A stretch of 64,000 bases of DNA, from contig OZ024740.1 in assembly GCA_964016885.1 (NCBI GenBank), positions 410,936,001 through 411,000,000 on the forward strand, written 5' to 3'. The stretch comes from Eledone cirrhosa (lineage: Eukaryota). The position numbers and the translations under genes were made by a program. How positions within the stretch are numbered: the first letter of the stretch is position 1; every line of letters starts with the position of its first letter. The notes below the pieces were generated by a model. That model saw only the letters and a program-made list of their open reading frames with translations. It searched no databases and was not told where the DNA came from. This document shows, one piece after another, positions 1 through 13,759 of the stretch.

Positions 1-24
1 ATTAAGTCCAGAGCGTTACTGCTA

Positions 25-151
25 CATTATTTTATATTTTATCGATCTCATAAAGATGATAGGTAAAGATAACGTCGGTGGGATCTGAACTCTGAATGTA
101 AATGGCCGTAACTATATGCTGCAAAACATTGTATATTGATGCTGCCAATCC
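25..151 (-). mobile_element. Degenerate tRNA-derived SINE
   Basis: Diverged match to the SINE family at 2928 and 38458 (TTTTATCGA..GATGA..AAAG..GAACTC..GCCAATCC). Confidence 0.6.
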
Positions 152-240
152 ATATATATATATAACAAAGGAATTGTGGTGAGGGACCAGATGGACAATA
201 ACGCACAAGAGTACTCAATACTTAGGGTAGTCGAGTGGGA

Positions 241-449
241 AATAGGAAAAAGTATGACCCCAGCGGCAGAGCGCAAGCCGTTTCGACGGCTATTTCTGGA
301 CTGCCAAGTGCGGTAGATTGGCAGTTGTACATCAAATATACGACGCGTTTGAAATATTCATTATTTATTTAATTTTACATCTTATATCGTCCAGAAATAG
401 CCGTCGAAACGGCTTGAGCTCTGCCGCCGGGGTCATACTTTTTCCTATA
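241..449. repeat. Inverted repeat (241-301 vs 389-449) of a PLE-terminal fragment carrying the 3' half of a hammerhead
   Basis: Arms are reverse complements and contain GAAA-CGGC..GCCG. Related copies at 42183-42230 (with a GUC triplet) and 29835-29870. Confidence 0.55.
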
Positions 450-756
450 TATATATATATTATATATATATATATATTTATATGGTATAATAATATGGTT
501 AATGTAGGGATTAATATGTCACTAATTATAGATTTATGTTTGTGGGGTTAACCCAGACAATCTTCGAACTATACGATACTAGCAATGTTTTGTAAATATC
601 AAGTTGTTCCTGATATCACATTGAAAATCATAACATAGTACAAGGATATATCCGTGAGATTATCGCTGCTGCTCATATGTCGCTCATGATTTCCATTAAT
701 GTTAGATTAGGATGAGAAACTTCTGAATACAAAGTGTTAGTTTACTTATTTGTATA

Positions 757-1268
757 TCTTTATATATATAAAAGCGAGGATGTGTGTGTGTCTGTGTACA
801 ACTTTGCATACTTAAGACTTTTACAATTACCAACTGAATTTGACCACATTTTATGTGCACGTTGCACAAGTCGCTAAGATTATCACATCACAAACATTTT
901 TCAAATCGACCCACACTGAGCAATAAAAAATCGATATCAAAATTATCGGTAGCAAAATTGATGTAAGGGAGATAACCAACTTTATTGACAATCCTTATAA
1001 AAATGGGAGATAACCAACATTATTGACAATCCTTATAAAGGGACTGCTTATTTTGACAGGTTGGGGACAAATAATTGTTTCTATTTTAGGCACAAGGCCA
1101 GCAATTACCCTGTACATTACTGGTAGTTTATTTTATCGACCTCGTAAGGATGAAAGGCAAAGGTAACCTTGGCGGGATTTGGGGACAAATAATGTTCTTC
1201 TTTTACTTCCTAGCTGTATATTCTTAGCATAATTTCAAACCCCGAGCAACGCCGGGTAAATCTGCTAG
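757..1268 (+). mobile_element. Non-autonomous Helitron
   Basis: Starts A|TC(TTTATATATATAAAAG). Ends with hairpin CCCG-AGCAACGC-CGGG then CTAG|T, inserted between A and T with no TSD. Internal ~37-bp tandem duplication (~967-1039) and a nested SINE. Confidence 0.8.
1071..1181 (-). mobile_element. 5'-truncated SINE nested in the Helitron
   Basis: Family core and tail present; flanked by the direct repeat TGGGGACAAATAAT (TSD). Confidence 0.85.
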
Positions 1269-1469
1269 TATGAAATATGTTTGTATATATGTAATTATAT
1301 ATGTATCCACTTGTAACTCTGGGTAGACGTGTAGGGTACCGTAGTCACATAAATCATGACTTGTGCACTTTACACTTGGTGAAGGAGGACATCCCCTCTT
1401 CTGTTCTAAACACCACCAGTTTCTTCCAGAACCAGATAGAAAGGAGGAATCGACTCTAATACTGGAGTC

Positions 1470-1607
1470 GTAGTTTTGTATTGATCTGGAAATGATGAAG
1501 GTTAAAATAAGCCTCGGTAGGCTTTGAATTCTGAGAACACAGAGAGCCGGCATTAATATTAGATAGCATTCTATTTGATGTTTTATCCAACACTGTCAAT
1601 TCGCCGC
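1470..1607 (-). mobile_element. Old diverged SINE copy
   Basis: Weak similarity to SINE core and head (GATGAAGGTTAAAATAAGCCTCGG..TTTGAATTC..ACTGTCAATTCGCCGC). Confidence 0.4.
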
Positions 1608-2379
1608 TTTTTGTTCTGTATATTTACTATACTTAACTACACATGTATTTAAATATAATAAATATGTGTGTGTCTGCTTGTGCTTCCTAAATGGATTTTC
1701 TCCAACGCCCACACGGGTGTCTGCCAGGTACTATGCGTTGCCAAGTGGCAACTTGAAATTTGGTCTAGGACTGCTTATTCAATATAAAGGTCATATCTAA
1801 AGGTTGTTCCTAAATTTGCCAACTGACCACCCAGTGCTATGGGAATTATCTTCTCCACAAACACACCTGATCATCGGTTCCTCCGGTAAATACTTTTCAG
1901 CACAGTCACTGCGCTAGGAATTGAACACCGATAAACTGTTGTCTCAGTTTTCCATGCTTGCTTGCTATGCGGAGTTACCGATAATCAGGTCAATGGTAGG
2001 AGAAGTCTTCCTCCATCAGTGGGGCACTGCGCCTGTGAGAGTTCTGGTGAGTCATCACAGCATTTCTGCTAATACAAACAATAACTGATACAAACAACGG
2101 CTCCCCCTTTAGGGATCGTGATTATTTGTCTATGCATGGTCTTTAAGAAGGTGATGTTCTAAATCCTACTGGATGAGCATTCTCCGATATCAAAACCAAA
2201 AGGGGACTATCTCGACAAAAGTGACCATACACGTTTGGCTCTCTAAACTGCCGTTCATTTATGCCCTCATCCCTCTACTCCCAATGTTAACTAACGTCAA
2301 TGCCTAGATTGTCACATTAGTATTTAAGAGGTAAGTCTCTTAAAACTCTTGTTAAAAGTTCCTATCCTTCCATAATCAC

Positions 2380-2880
2380 TTGCTGGAAGATGAATTAGGA
2401 CAGTTTTACCATTAACTGAGTGACACTGTTTCTGAAGTACCCACACTTGCCATGCTAATTATTGGAAGAGACTTCAACGCGCAACTCTGAGAAAAATGTT
2501 GTTCATACGACCATAACACTAACAGAACACTTCTATAAACTCCTTCCAGTTGACCATCATCGTGAGCCAGATGTAACGATTAACCCAGTATTTAAAGTCC
2601 ATCTAGAAATAACCATCACTGAATTTTCAATAGAAGAGGTGGATAATACACTACAGCCAATGAAACAGGGCAAAGCTCATGGGCTTGAGGGGCCTATATG
2701 TAGACCTATGGAAACTAGCCAAAACTCGAATGGTTCGTTCTACAGTTCACACTCTCGTCTTTGTGACATCATTAAGCGTAGGAGGCTCGCATTAACTGCA
2801 CATTTGAAAAGTCACAATAAACATTCTGGCAGAATTCTTTTCCGGAAACCTAATGTGAGCAAACAATTTGGTTGATATTT
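2380..2880 (+). pseudogene. Decayed, internally deleted RTE-type LINE ORF
   Basis: Fragments LIIGRDFNAQ (APE GDFN motif), FSIEEVDNTLQPMKQGKAHG (RT lead-in) and IIKRRRLALTAH (RTE C-terminal region). Confidence 0.55.
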
Positions 2881-2927
2881 CTTGCAGTTTCCCCTGATTG
2901 TATATTACTAATAACTTCCATCATTAT

Positions 2928-3115
2928 GTGAATTGGCAGTATCGGTAGAGGGTCGGAGGCCATGCTTTCTAGCATAGTTACGTCCCTTTATGTTCTGAGT
3001 TCAAATCCCACCAAGGTTAACTTTGCCTTTCATCCTTACGGGGTCGATAAGTTAAAAGTACCAGTAATGCACTGTGTAATTGCTGGCCTTGTGCCAAAAG
3101 TAGAAACAATTATTA
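2928..3115 (+). mobile_element. tRNA-derived SINE
   Basis: A-box-like TGGCAGTATCGG, B-box GAGTTCAAATCC, central GCCTTTCATCCTTACGGGGTCGATAA, tail GTAGAAACAATTATT. Confidence 0.9.
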
Positions 3116-3643
3116 AGAAACTTTAATTTTTTCGTAGTCTCAATTATTTATGTCTGCCGGCTGACATTCTACTGTGGACAGACTTTGTCATTGGAATGAA
3201 AATATTTTCTGAAATCTTTATGTTGCATGTCTAATCTTTGATACAGTACATTAGCAATATGTTTTACCATTTTAGTATGTATGTAAATTAATAATATATT
3301 CATTTACAGATTAACATTTAGTGAAGTATTTATGGAGATACCTAACTATTTTATCTTGTACGACACACATGGTATAACAATAGAAGAGAGATATCAGTAA
3401 TGGCTGCCATGCAGTACGTAGCTATTAAGAGTTGTAGAGTTTAAAAGCATAATGGAAAACAAATTGTACACAAACGTTAAATTATGAATCTATTTCTAAC
3501 ACGATATATTCGTGTTTTCGTGCAAAAATTAAGTGTTTAATACGCACCTGTGCGTAACCACTCTTACGATTCTATTGCTAAAGTGGATTATACACAAACA
3601 TACACATATACACGCATGCGTGCACAAACATACTCACTCACAG

Positions 3644-3676
<33 letters not shown>

Positions 3677-3854
3677 AACACACACACAAACACACACATA
3701 TATATATATATATATATATTGTAATAACATTGCCAGAAATAATAACAGAACACACTCGCTGTTTGGTTAATTTTCGCTTCTGTATCTTTTATATCTTCAT
3801 AGTTAATTTATTTGGCAATCAACGTTTATCATTGATTGACCAACGGTTAAAAAT

Positions 3855-3902
<48 letters not shown>

Positions 3903-4080
3903 ATAATAATAAATGTGAAGACTAAAATCCAAAGAGGGCTCGATAAGGATAAATATATATCAAATATATAAGAACCGTAGAGCAAATATTTATTTGTTTC
4001 AGAAGATCCCGTTAAAGGTGAAAGCAGCGATTCTTTTCTTAAACTTTAATCTGTTATTTTAATATATATATATATAGTCT

Positions 4081-4122
4081 ATCAAAATTCTTTCGTTGCA
4101 CATCTGCAACATCATCAGTGGT
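4081..4122 (-). ncRNA. Minimal type-I hammerhead-like motif
   Basis: ACCA-CUGAUGA-U-GUUGCA(GAUG)UGCAAC-GAAA-GAAU-UU-UGAU; homolog at 13955-13996. Confidence 0.55.
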
Positions 4123-4255
4123 ACTATTATGTTTCCTCCTGTTGTATTGTATGTCTACGCCATTTATATATATATGGATTTTAGTCTTCAAATTTATTAT
4201 TACTACTATATATACTTGTACAAATATATATTTATATATATATCTGTGAGTGCGT

Positions 4256-4396
<141 letters not shown>

Positions 4397-4499
4397 CGTG
4401 TGTTAGAAAAGTTAACAAGAAAAACCAACAGAAAATAACTATAAAATACGTTCCACACGTGTTATAGTTGGGGAGTATTTAGATTAAAGTGGACAAACG

Positions 4500-5800
4500 C
4501 TTGTTCTTGAATTACTGAATTGAAAAATTTGATTCCCAGCAAATTCTTCGCTGCAATGTCTTCGTCTCAAACTAAAAAAAAATAGTTTTCCAGGTTCAGC
4601 CATGAGACACCTTTATGCAATAAAATGCTATAACAACAAACACAATAATAGAAGACAATTGTCATGGCATATTGCATTGGCAACACTGGAATATTACATT
4701 TAAAAATTGTTTTACTGAATACCCAAACGTAAATGATTTCCCCTGTGTGCTCTTCTCGTCACATGCTCAATATTCAGGCACATTGTAAACACTTATTTGC
4801 AGTTACAATAACCATAAACCTGGTGAATACATTGAATCTGATGCTACAATTATAATCAACAACACCAGGCACAGTGACCAGATGTTTGAATAGTTGCTTT
4901 ACGGGAAAGATTCATTCATTTCAAGGATCATATCTGAGCGTGTTCGGTAAAGGTTTCTTGAGACGTTGTCAGTGAATTTAGAATTAGCTATAATGCAAAC
5001 AAATCCTCTGGAAATTGCACCAAATAATTCAAAACTTTGCCAGCAATATTTCTATTCACATGAAACCCATGAAGAACTGCTATATGAACAGAATCCAGCA
5101 GTTTTAGCAATGATCTTGTTGTTATCATGAGAAAGTAACCTTTAGACGAAGTTGCTATTATTATATGGTTCTTGATCATACCGTTTGTACAGCAAAAAAT
5201 GAAAATTGTCACAATTTAAAAAAGTATTAGACGTTAATTATGTACATATTGGTGAAAATTCACTATGCTATCGCAATCTACAATTCTCAGTTCACCAATC
5301 ACATATCAAAGGAATGAGCTTGAAAACTATCAGCAATGCCTCGATGTTCTATTCAATTCGGGTAGTGTCTCGGGTTTGCAAGTAATTCTCTTTCAACTAA
5401 TGCAGCAATGTCTTCGAATTCGCCTCATCAATCCAAGCTGTGTAACTTACTTTTCCCGCGTTTTAAATTGTAACCATGCATGTATATATTTTACTTAAGT
5501 TGTGTTGATCGGTATTTCTTTCTGGGATATCAACATTTCTTAAACGTCGTGATTCATTTATATACTCGGAAGATCATTAAAAACATTTTAATATTGATAG
5601 AATTTATTTTTCTTCTCATATTTTCTCTCTAGACAATGGTCTAAACTCGTTAATCTTGCCGCTCTTTTGAACGAAAGAGAAAAACGGCTTGTTGGTGGGG
5701 TTATTACTGGGTTAACAGTCGCTAAATATTTAGGACTAGTGGTAATAGTCGACTACTAACACACGATAAATCGTTGTTAATTTGCAGATGACAGTTCCCA
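4500..5800 (-). pseudogene. Possible highly decayed hAT (Buster-like) transposase
   Basis: LLHKGVSWLN (~4590-4622) resembles LLHTEVRWLS and RAHRE resembles IHRE; many stops, boundaries approximate. Confidence 0.3.
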
Positions 5801-7419
5801 TTCCATTATTAAAAGTAGTTTGTTATATTTACTGCAAGATAAACTGGATCGGAATACAGTATAATATCCGATTGCACATTCCAATGATGATGTATAATAT
5901 ATTGCAATTCAAGCTGATGACACTTATTCCAGCTTACAATGTTATGATTTCCTGTGAATAATTTCGTAAATGATTTCAAAGAAAATTGTATATATAGCAA
6001 CGATTTCACCGAAATCGATAACACCTATCGCGTTGGCAAAACTATTGAGGAGTATGATTACGAAACTGAGTTGTGACTACAGTGTTCTTCGCCAAATATT
6101 TATTTGTTACTTAGGATACGAAAAGAAAATAGTTCTCCTATAACTAATGTGGATCAATTGAAATATCCCGTTGATTACCCAATGCTTACCAACGGCAACT
6201 CATAACAGTTTTCTTTATTTACTATTTGAAATGAGTGTCTCGTATTTCATAACTAATTTAATCCTTAACAAATCCTAGTTTCCAAATACTAAGAAAGAAC
6301 ATTGAAATTATTTGTATACCGTAAACTATAATACTTAGCTTCTCCTATCTTACCTCATGTTCCATTACATTTTGAGGCTGAAACATCCAGAACCAAAATG
6401 TTGGGTGCAATTTCATTGAATTAAGAAAAAAACCTGCCATTTTCGACTCTGTCATTCTCTCCCACGTTGAACAAATACTCCCATGAATTGAAAGAAAAAC
6501 ATAGCTCATATAATATATTTCAGGAAATGAAAGACAAATGTATTTGGGTATATTTTACATAACGCACTGGTCCACCAGTGATCTCGTTCATATGTAGCCA
6601 AAACGATATGACTTGTCTTTGGTATATTCAACTGTTGTTCTACAATCATGACATTCGACACATCTTAGCAGATACACGTATTTCATCTTTTCATGGTATC
6701 ACATATTTATATAAGCTGTCCCGTTTATCCGAGAATTATTCAATTATAGCAATATCTCTTGAAATATAATAAATAAATTTGAGGGAAAGATTAAAAGTAA
6801 AATTTGTGTCAGATTGTATCACAAGCCCAGTACTCTCCACTTGACGCCACAATTATCAAATGTTCAGAAACGTTTAAGCTTTATAGTATCACTTTGAAAG
6901 GCAATGTACCATTGTCTAACACTTCTCACATTATTGTGTCTTAATCTAGAAAGCGTATACCATAGAAAATTGATAAAAACTTTAACCCATTAAAAAGAGT
7001 TCTATCGAGGATTGTTGCAATGTTGACATGTAGAATAATCTAGTTGAGGCAAACTCTGTGTCCTCTTAAATATGTTCGTTTGTGATTGACACAGAAACAT
7101 ACTAAGACATTAAGTCCATCAAAGAAGAATCCATCATGGATCTCATTAGAGAAGAGAATCAGGTGATTTGCTACACTCAACAAACATACGGAGAGATGCA
7201 ATCTTCAAAGTGAAAGTGTATATGCTATGAAATAAAATTGTTGCTACCTGTCCAAGTTCCATTTGGTGTGATGTCTTTGAAGGCTGGTGGCTACTCATTT
7301 CAATGAAATTTATCCGAATTATTGACACTTACTCTAACTCACACATATACATACTCTCCCCATACACACACACACATATATATATGTGTGTGTGTGAGAG
7401 AGAGAGAGTGTGTGTGAGT

Positions 7420-7525
<106 letters not shown>

Positions 7526-8702
7526 CGTTTGTCTATCAGACAATGCGTTTACACTTTAATAACTGGATGATTCCATGAGTGCCTTTTAATTCCTACAGTG
7601 GTAGCATATGTCTTCTCATATTTAGTATTCTATGATAAGTATTTTCAAGCAGGGTGCAGACTATGGGGTGCGAGACCACTTAGTGAAATCAAGTTACTAC
7701 GTGAATGGTACATATGTTATGTAGAAAACATGAAACGGAATCTTGGTTACAGGAGGAATTGAAATGCATGGTAAATATTCCTTAACAAAATATTTTAAAA
7801 CATGTTCCAGTCAATGCACTGTTTCTCCTACTTTCTACGATAATGATATTATATACTTCTCTTATATGCTTCTCTAGACACGTAATATCTATTATCACAG
7901 TCTTTAACTTAACGGTATCAGAGAATCTTAAGATTATATAATACCTTACATTATCCTAGTGGAATTAATGTGTAAAGAAAGTAAAAAAGAGAAAGAAGCA
8001 AAATAGCTTCAACCAACATTGTGTGACTTAGAGAATATTTACCATGTCGAGTTTTGCTAGTTTGGATATGTAGTTATTGTGTAAATACTAAGAAGAAATA
8101 TGTTTAAGAAAAGGAAATAAAGACGTTGATGGGATTATAAGATCTTAATGGGTATGTATCTAGATGTCATTACAGCTGATAAATATTCAAACTCTGCTCA
8201 AAAGTCACTCTCTGGTAGATTGCATCTCACCTAACAGTGTATTTCATATACATTTACCTTATATGACATACTTTTCACAATGGCTTCATCTTCTCATTGA
8301 TGCGTAATAACTTTAAATAAACCTTACTGAAAATCTTTCTTTTAAGGATAAAATGCGTTTTATTTTGTTTACTTTAAGTTTCGAACGAAGTAGCTAAAAA
8401 TGAATTAATATGCTGGAAATAATTAATGTATTGCACTTTCTGTAAAGAAATATTTCCACTTATACTCAGCTCTTGTATTCCACTAACGATATAAGTTCAA
8501 AGGAAAGTACATCGCCTGCAGCTAACACATGGGAATTTACTGACATATGTATTATCAAAGTATCATAAAAACTCAGCTTAGATTAATATATGAATGGGGT
8601 TGTAGAATAGCTGACACTTCTCTTGAATTGGAGCTGGAATTGATATATATAGAAAAATACTACTGCATCTATCAATCACTCTCTCTCTCTCTCTCTCTCT
8701 CT

Positions 8703-8829
<127 letters not shown>

Positions 8830-8909
8830 TATTCCGGGTTGAATCGGAGGTAACCACAGTAAGTAAGGTACTCAATACATAGCAGAGTATAAAAGTTTTA
8901 ATATAGATG

Positions 8910-8960
8910 AGATTCTACAGGACTAGAACTGTTTTATTCTTTAGAAATCATCAGGAATCT
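8910..8960 (-). ncRNA. Hammerhead motif with mutated core (GAAA>AAAA)
   Basis: AGAUUC-CUGAUGA-U-UUCU(AA)AGAA-U-AAAA-CAG..CUG-UA-GAAUCU; perfect 6-bp stem I; lies in a PLE-terminal-like segment between TA runs. Confidence 0.6.
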
Positions 8961-9428
8961 GGCTTTCAAAAATAAATGTTGTGGTATTGATATCTTTTCA
9001 GGTGGTAGGAGAGGGTGGGGAGTGGGATGACTGGAGGTCATTGGTTGAAAGAAAAGGGAATTCATTAAAAGCTAATTCTTTAAGGCTATAATTAATATTT
9101 AGAGTGACAAAGGCAGAAAGAATTCTATAAACAAGTTCAGATTGGGGAGCCACTCCTTATTTTTAAGTTTCTCTTAGGCTAACAATGCCTATATTTGAGG
9201 TATCTATAAGATGGTTGGGGGTCGGTCATGGTGGATGGATTTAAAGAAAAGGGAAATTTATTAAAAGCTAATTCTTTAAAGCTCTACTTAGAGTGACAAA
9301 GGCCAAGAGAATTCTATAAACCAGTTCAAAATATTGAGTGCCTATCATATCATTATTGTCATGTTTCTCTTAAGCTAAATTACAGGTGTCAACAGACACA
9401 TTCACATACATACACACACACACACAAA

Positions 9429-9472
<44 letters not shown>

Positions 9473-9728
9473 AGAGTATTGAAGTTTGTTTGAAGCATTG
9501 TGGAACAATAAGTAAATATCTTTAAGTCGTTTAGAAGCCTCGACAATGCAAATGGGTAAATCTCCGGGTAACAAGGTCCGGTGGTGGAGAGAGAGATGTA
9601 AGTGGGTGTACGTTGAGATGCGTGGTGTGTATAAGATGTGTGAGATGTGTAGAATGAAGGGAAGAGTATAAAGGATAAAATAAAAATAACAACACAAGAG
9701 AGAGTTACCTTGGGAGAGATTTAATAGT

Positions 9729-9763
9729 CCCTATATATTTCGGATTCACATCCTCAACTGGGG
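9729..9763 (-). ncRNA. Degenerate hammerhead in PLE 3' region
   Basis: CCC-CAGUUGA-GGAU(GUGA)AUCC-GAAA-UAUA-UA-GGG; core differs from CUGANGA at 2 positions. Confidence 0.5.
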
Positions 9764-10181
9764 TTTTTTTCGGAGTGGGGGAAAAGGTTGTCTGTCGGAC
9801 AAGTCCGGAACGCGTCCTCTGTTGTTTGTTGTTTTGAATATCTGAGGTATTCGGCAGAGCGCGCGTGCACGTGAAATGGGGTCGGTCGTACAGAGCTCAG
9901 CGGCCGAATGAGGGAGTGGGATGGCGCTAGCTGTCAGTCCATTCTATGCCTGTTTGTTAAATGTTACTGTGTGTGTGTGCGTGTGTTGTTGTCTCGCTTG
10001 AGTGTGTGTGTGTGTGTGTGTGTGTGCGTGTGTTGTTGCCTTGTTCCTCTGTATTGGCAGTGTAGTATGTTCGTATGGTAGAATGCTACTGTGTGTGTGT
10101 GCGTGTGTGTGTGTGTGTAGTTGTCTCGTTTGCGTGTGCGTGTGTGTGCGTGTGTTGTGTGTTGTTGCATCGCTTGTTAAC

Positions 10182-12376
10182 TTAAACCAGCCATCTCATT
10201 TCGCTTCTCTCTGATCGGTTGTTTATTTGCGGTTGCAGTCGTTTGATAAAAAGCGCTTCCTTGATACGTAACGTGCCAACGTTTCTTTCAGTCGCTAGAA
10301 TTGTGACAATGGGCCTTCCGTCTTTGTTTCCGCATTTGTCTATGTGTTTCCGGAAAGACGAGGCCTGGTTTTAATGTGTTCCTTGATCCGGATGTGCAAA
10401 GATCGAATTGTGCTACCTATGTAGTATTGGTTACACCTGTCACATTCTATCTTATACACGACGTATGTGCGTAGGCAACAGTTCGCATGGCGTATCGGGC
10501 AGTCTCTGAGGGAGCATGCGTCAGTAGACTTTTCGGGTTTCCTGGAGAGGCATCTTCGTAGGGAGAGGCCCGAGTGGGCCAGGTGGATGTCGAGACCCTC
10601 CCTCCGTATAGCCTTGCGGATAGCGTTGGTGGTTTTCTCGCCCAGGTGTGGCATTTTAAGGAAGCACTTGCCTTGGGTGCTTCTCTGTCTCTTGCGTCTG
10701 GTGTCTCCTATTCTGTCTGTGATCGAGGTAGGGTACCCGTTCGTCTGCAGCACCTCGAGGAATCGCTTGGTATGAGTGACACCACTCGCGGGATCGCTGC
10801 ATCTGTTTTTGATTCGCGCGATCTCGTTCGTGATGTATCCTCTTTTGGCACTGTTAGGGAGGGCGGACTTGTAGTGAACGAATAGGTTCCTGCAGGCTGT
10901 CTTTCGGTAGAAGTTGCAGTGGATCCTTCCCTGTTCCGTGATGTTGATTCGGAAGTCGAGGAGGGCAAGTGACCCGTCTTCGTTGGGGTGTTCAACACTG
11001 AAGTCAATGTTCTCGTTCGTGTTGTTGAACGTCTCATAGATTCTGTCCGCCGTGTCTTGGGAAGATGTGAGGATGAGGATATCGTCCACGTACCTTGAGA
11101 AAAAGGCTACGGCGTTGGGGTGGCAGGCGTTGGGTGCCTTGCGTTCGAGGTTGTCCATGTAAGAGATCGCTAGCCCACCTGATAGGCTTGATCCCATGGG
11201 CAATCCCGAGGTTTGTTGGTATATTTGGTCAAGGAATCCGAAGTAGGTGTTGTCGACGACGATGGATAGGAGTTGGTGGATGTCAGTGGTGGTGAGCCCG
11301 AATCAGTGTAGGTCGGTGGATTGGACGCGTTCCATTAGTATATTGACGCTCGGGAGTGCCGGGACCGAGGTGTAGAGAGCGACTACATCAAGGCTGAAGG
11401 CATATCTGTTATTTCTTCTGGTGTCGGGATCCATTTGATGCAGGTGTTTCAACACCTCCTCAGAGCTGTCAACGTGTCCCGGCAAGGTGTCTAAGATGGG
11501 TTTGAGTATTCTGGCTAGGAGCCATGAAATTTTATAGAGTGGTCCCTCCACGCTCGATACGATGGGCCTGATTTTCAGGTCGGGTCCCTGTTTGTGTGTT
11601 TTCACGAGGTGGTAGAAGGCGGGTAGTCTGCTGTTCCTCGTGAGGAGGTTGTATCTCAGCTTCTTCGGGAGCTTCCGCCGGTCGCAGATGTTGGTCCAGG
11701 CGGAGTTGATATGTACTTCTATCTGCGCGGGAGTGATTCCCGTGACCTTGGAGTAGAGGTTGTCATCGTCAAGGTGTTGGAGGGCCAGGGTGTTGTAGGC
11801 CTCTCTGCTGATGACGCAGAATTCTTTTCCCTTGTCGGAGGGGAGATAGATGAGGTTCTTCGATTTTAGGTTGGAGAGAGTGGTGAGTTGAGATTTGGTG
11901 AGGTTATGTGTTGTGCGTGTGTGTGTGGGTTTGTGAAGTATATCCGAGATGGAGTGTTTTAGCCTGATGAGTTTAGTGTCGAGTTCGTGGTTGGTGGGTG
12001 GGGGGTGGAGTGGGTTGTCGGGGTGGTAAGTGGGGAACTTGGGGTGGGTTGCGTCGGCGCTATTATTTTCTGTGGCGCTGTTGATGGCGGTCACCCATTT
12101 AAGTTGGTAAGCGGCTCGACAAAAGTTGGCCTCGATGTTGAGTTTGAGTCTGTCGTCGAGACGTTGTGTGACGATGAACTTAGGTCTGAGGTGTAGGAGT
12201 TTCAGCTCGTCGCTCGTGAGAGTGCCAGTTAGGTCGGTGACCAGGTGCGTCGCATCGTTGAGGTATGGCTCGGTGTTGGTGGTTGCGGCGGTGGCGGCTG
12301 TTAAGTTGTTGTTTTCCACGTGGTTCTGGTCCGTCTGTTCGTTAGTGTCGATGTTCTCGTTGTGGCGTTTCGACAA
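10182..12376 (-). pseudogene. PLE RT + GIY-YIG endonuclease ORF with one in-frame stop (11303-11305) and one frameshift (~10360)
   Basis: PSDKG, KTHK..IRPIVS, SLDVVALYTSV, GLPMGSSLS, RYVDDIL, LLDFRI, FYRK, Cys linker CSLRDCPIRHANCC, VVYKIEC..YYIGST. The frameshifted tail reads IKEALFIKRLQPQINN. The two listed ORFs are in frame, 33 codons apart. Confidence 0.92.
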
Positions 12377-12412
12377 GATCCACTCATATTTTCGCTTGAG
12401 CCGTTTTTACTC

Positions 12413-12449
<37 letters not shown>

Positions 12450-12495
12450 AAATAAAATAAATAAGTCAAATGTTTAAAATTTGGCTTCGTTTATT

Positions 12496-12552
12496 ACTGC
12501 TATATATATATTTCGGTGACAGCCATCTTTAGCTGTGACCTCTTCAGGCAGT
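12496..12552 (-). ncRNA. Apparently intact type-I hammerhead ribozyme
   Basis: ACUGC-CUGAAGA-GGUcACAGC(8)GCUGUcACC-GAAA-UAUAUAUA-UA-GCAGU, immediately followed by AAUAAA. Confidence 0.8.
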
Positions 12553-13031
12553 CCGAATTAGTGTGGTAGAGACGAGTATACATGCTATAGAAATTCTTTC
12601 TGGGGTGAGGCTACCTGTAGCGTTTGTTTTTTGCTATTGTTAGGTACATCTGACATCTACCCTTATTTTGGTAGTGGTGTTGGTGCTGTGGTCACCCTAG
12701 GTCTTGCTGCTGCTGACATTTAGAAGTATCTGTGTGTGTTTCTTCATCCATCCTGCCACGTTTCATTACTCCGGAGTAACCAAACCAACCTGCGCACTTC
12801 GTCGAGAGCTCCAATCAGCATACTGAGGTGTTGGTATACAACCAACATATACTAAAAAAAAAAAAAAAATATACACACACATATATATATATATATAAAT
12901 ATACACATATACAAACATATACAAACATATCTACAGAAATACACATATATACACATATACAAAATACATAAAAACACACAAATTTATATATATATATATG
13001 AAAGACGTAAAATAAGAAAATTATAAAAATT

Positions 13032-13147
13032 AACTTACTAAAGTTTCACTCCAACTAATTAGTTTCTGAAAGGGAATAAACATGGTTTCCGAATGGAACA
13101 CATGGAGAATGCCTTTCGAAATCAGGAAGTCAATTCTCAGCTAAGTT
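13032..13147 (-). ncRNA. Degenerate hammerhead with large stem-II insertion
   Basis: AACUUA/UAAGUU stem I, core CUGAGAA, inner helix UUUCGAAAGG/CCUUUCAGAAA, GAAA..UA. Confidence 0.35.
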
Positions 13148-13405
13148 CCCAGGCGATGCGTGGACACAGGGAACTTATACAAAAATAATACAGTGGATGG
13201 AAAAAAGCAAGCGAGGACTATATTCCAAGACATTGAAAAAATCACTGCCTACTTGGTCGGTGGCAAATTCAAAAGAATCAATCACGTGACGTCGAGGTTA
13301 ATCAGAGAGGAGTGGGGTGTTAAGAAGACAGTAGCCGAACTATTACTATGAACTATAGTAGTAGTTTTGGCAAATTTTTGCTCAATAAAATAATATGGAG
13401 ATAAT

Positions 13406-13491
<86 letters not shown>

Positions 13492-13509
13492 TATATATAT
13501 ATAGATAAT

Positions 13510-13549
<40 letters not shown>

Positions 13550-13568
13550 CATATATTTACATATAAAC

Positions 13569-13625
<57 letters not shown>

Positions 13626-13642
13626 TATATACACATATATAT

Positions 13643-13757
<115 letters not shown>

Positions 13758-13759
13758 CA

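Larger units (their letters stand above)
9465..12410 (-). mobile_element. Penelope-like retroelement, 5'-truncated, bounded by (TA)n
   Basis: RT-GIY-YIG reading frame followed by a 3' non-coding terminal region with an HHR-like motif. Confidence 0.92.

Noticed and set aside
6100-7330. Traces of Helitron helicase-like peptides (IIVASSG), also at ~41130-42040
   Set aside because: Too degraded to support without a profile search
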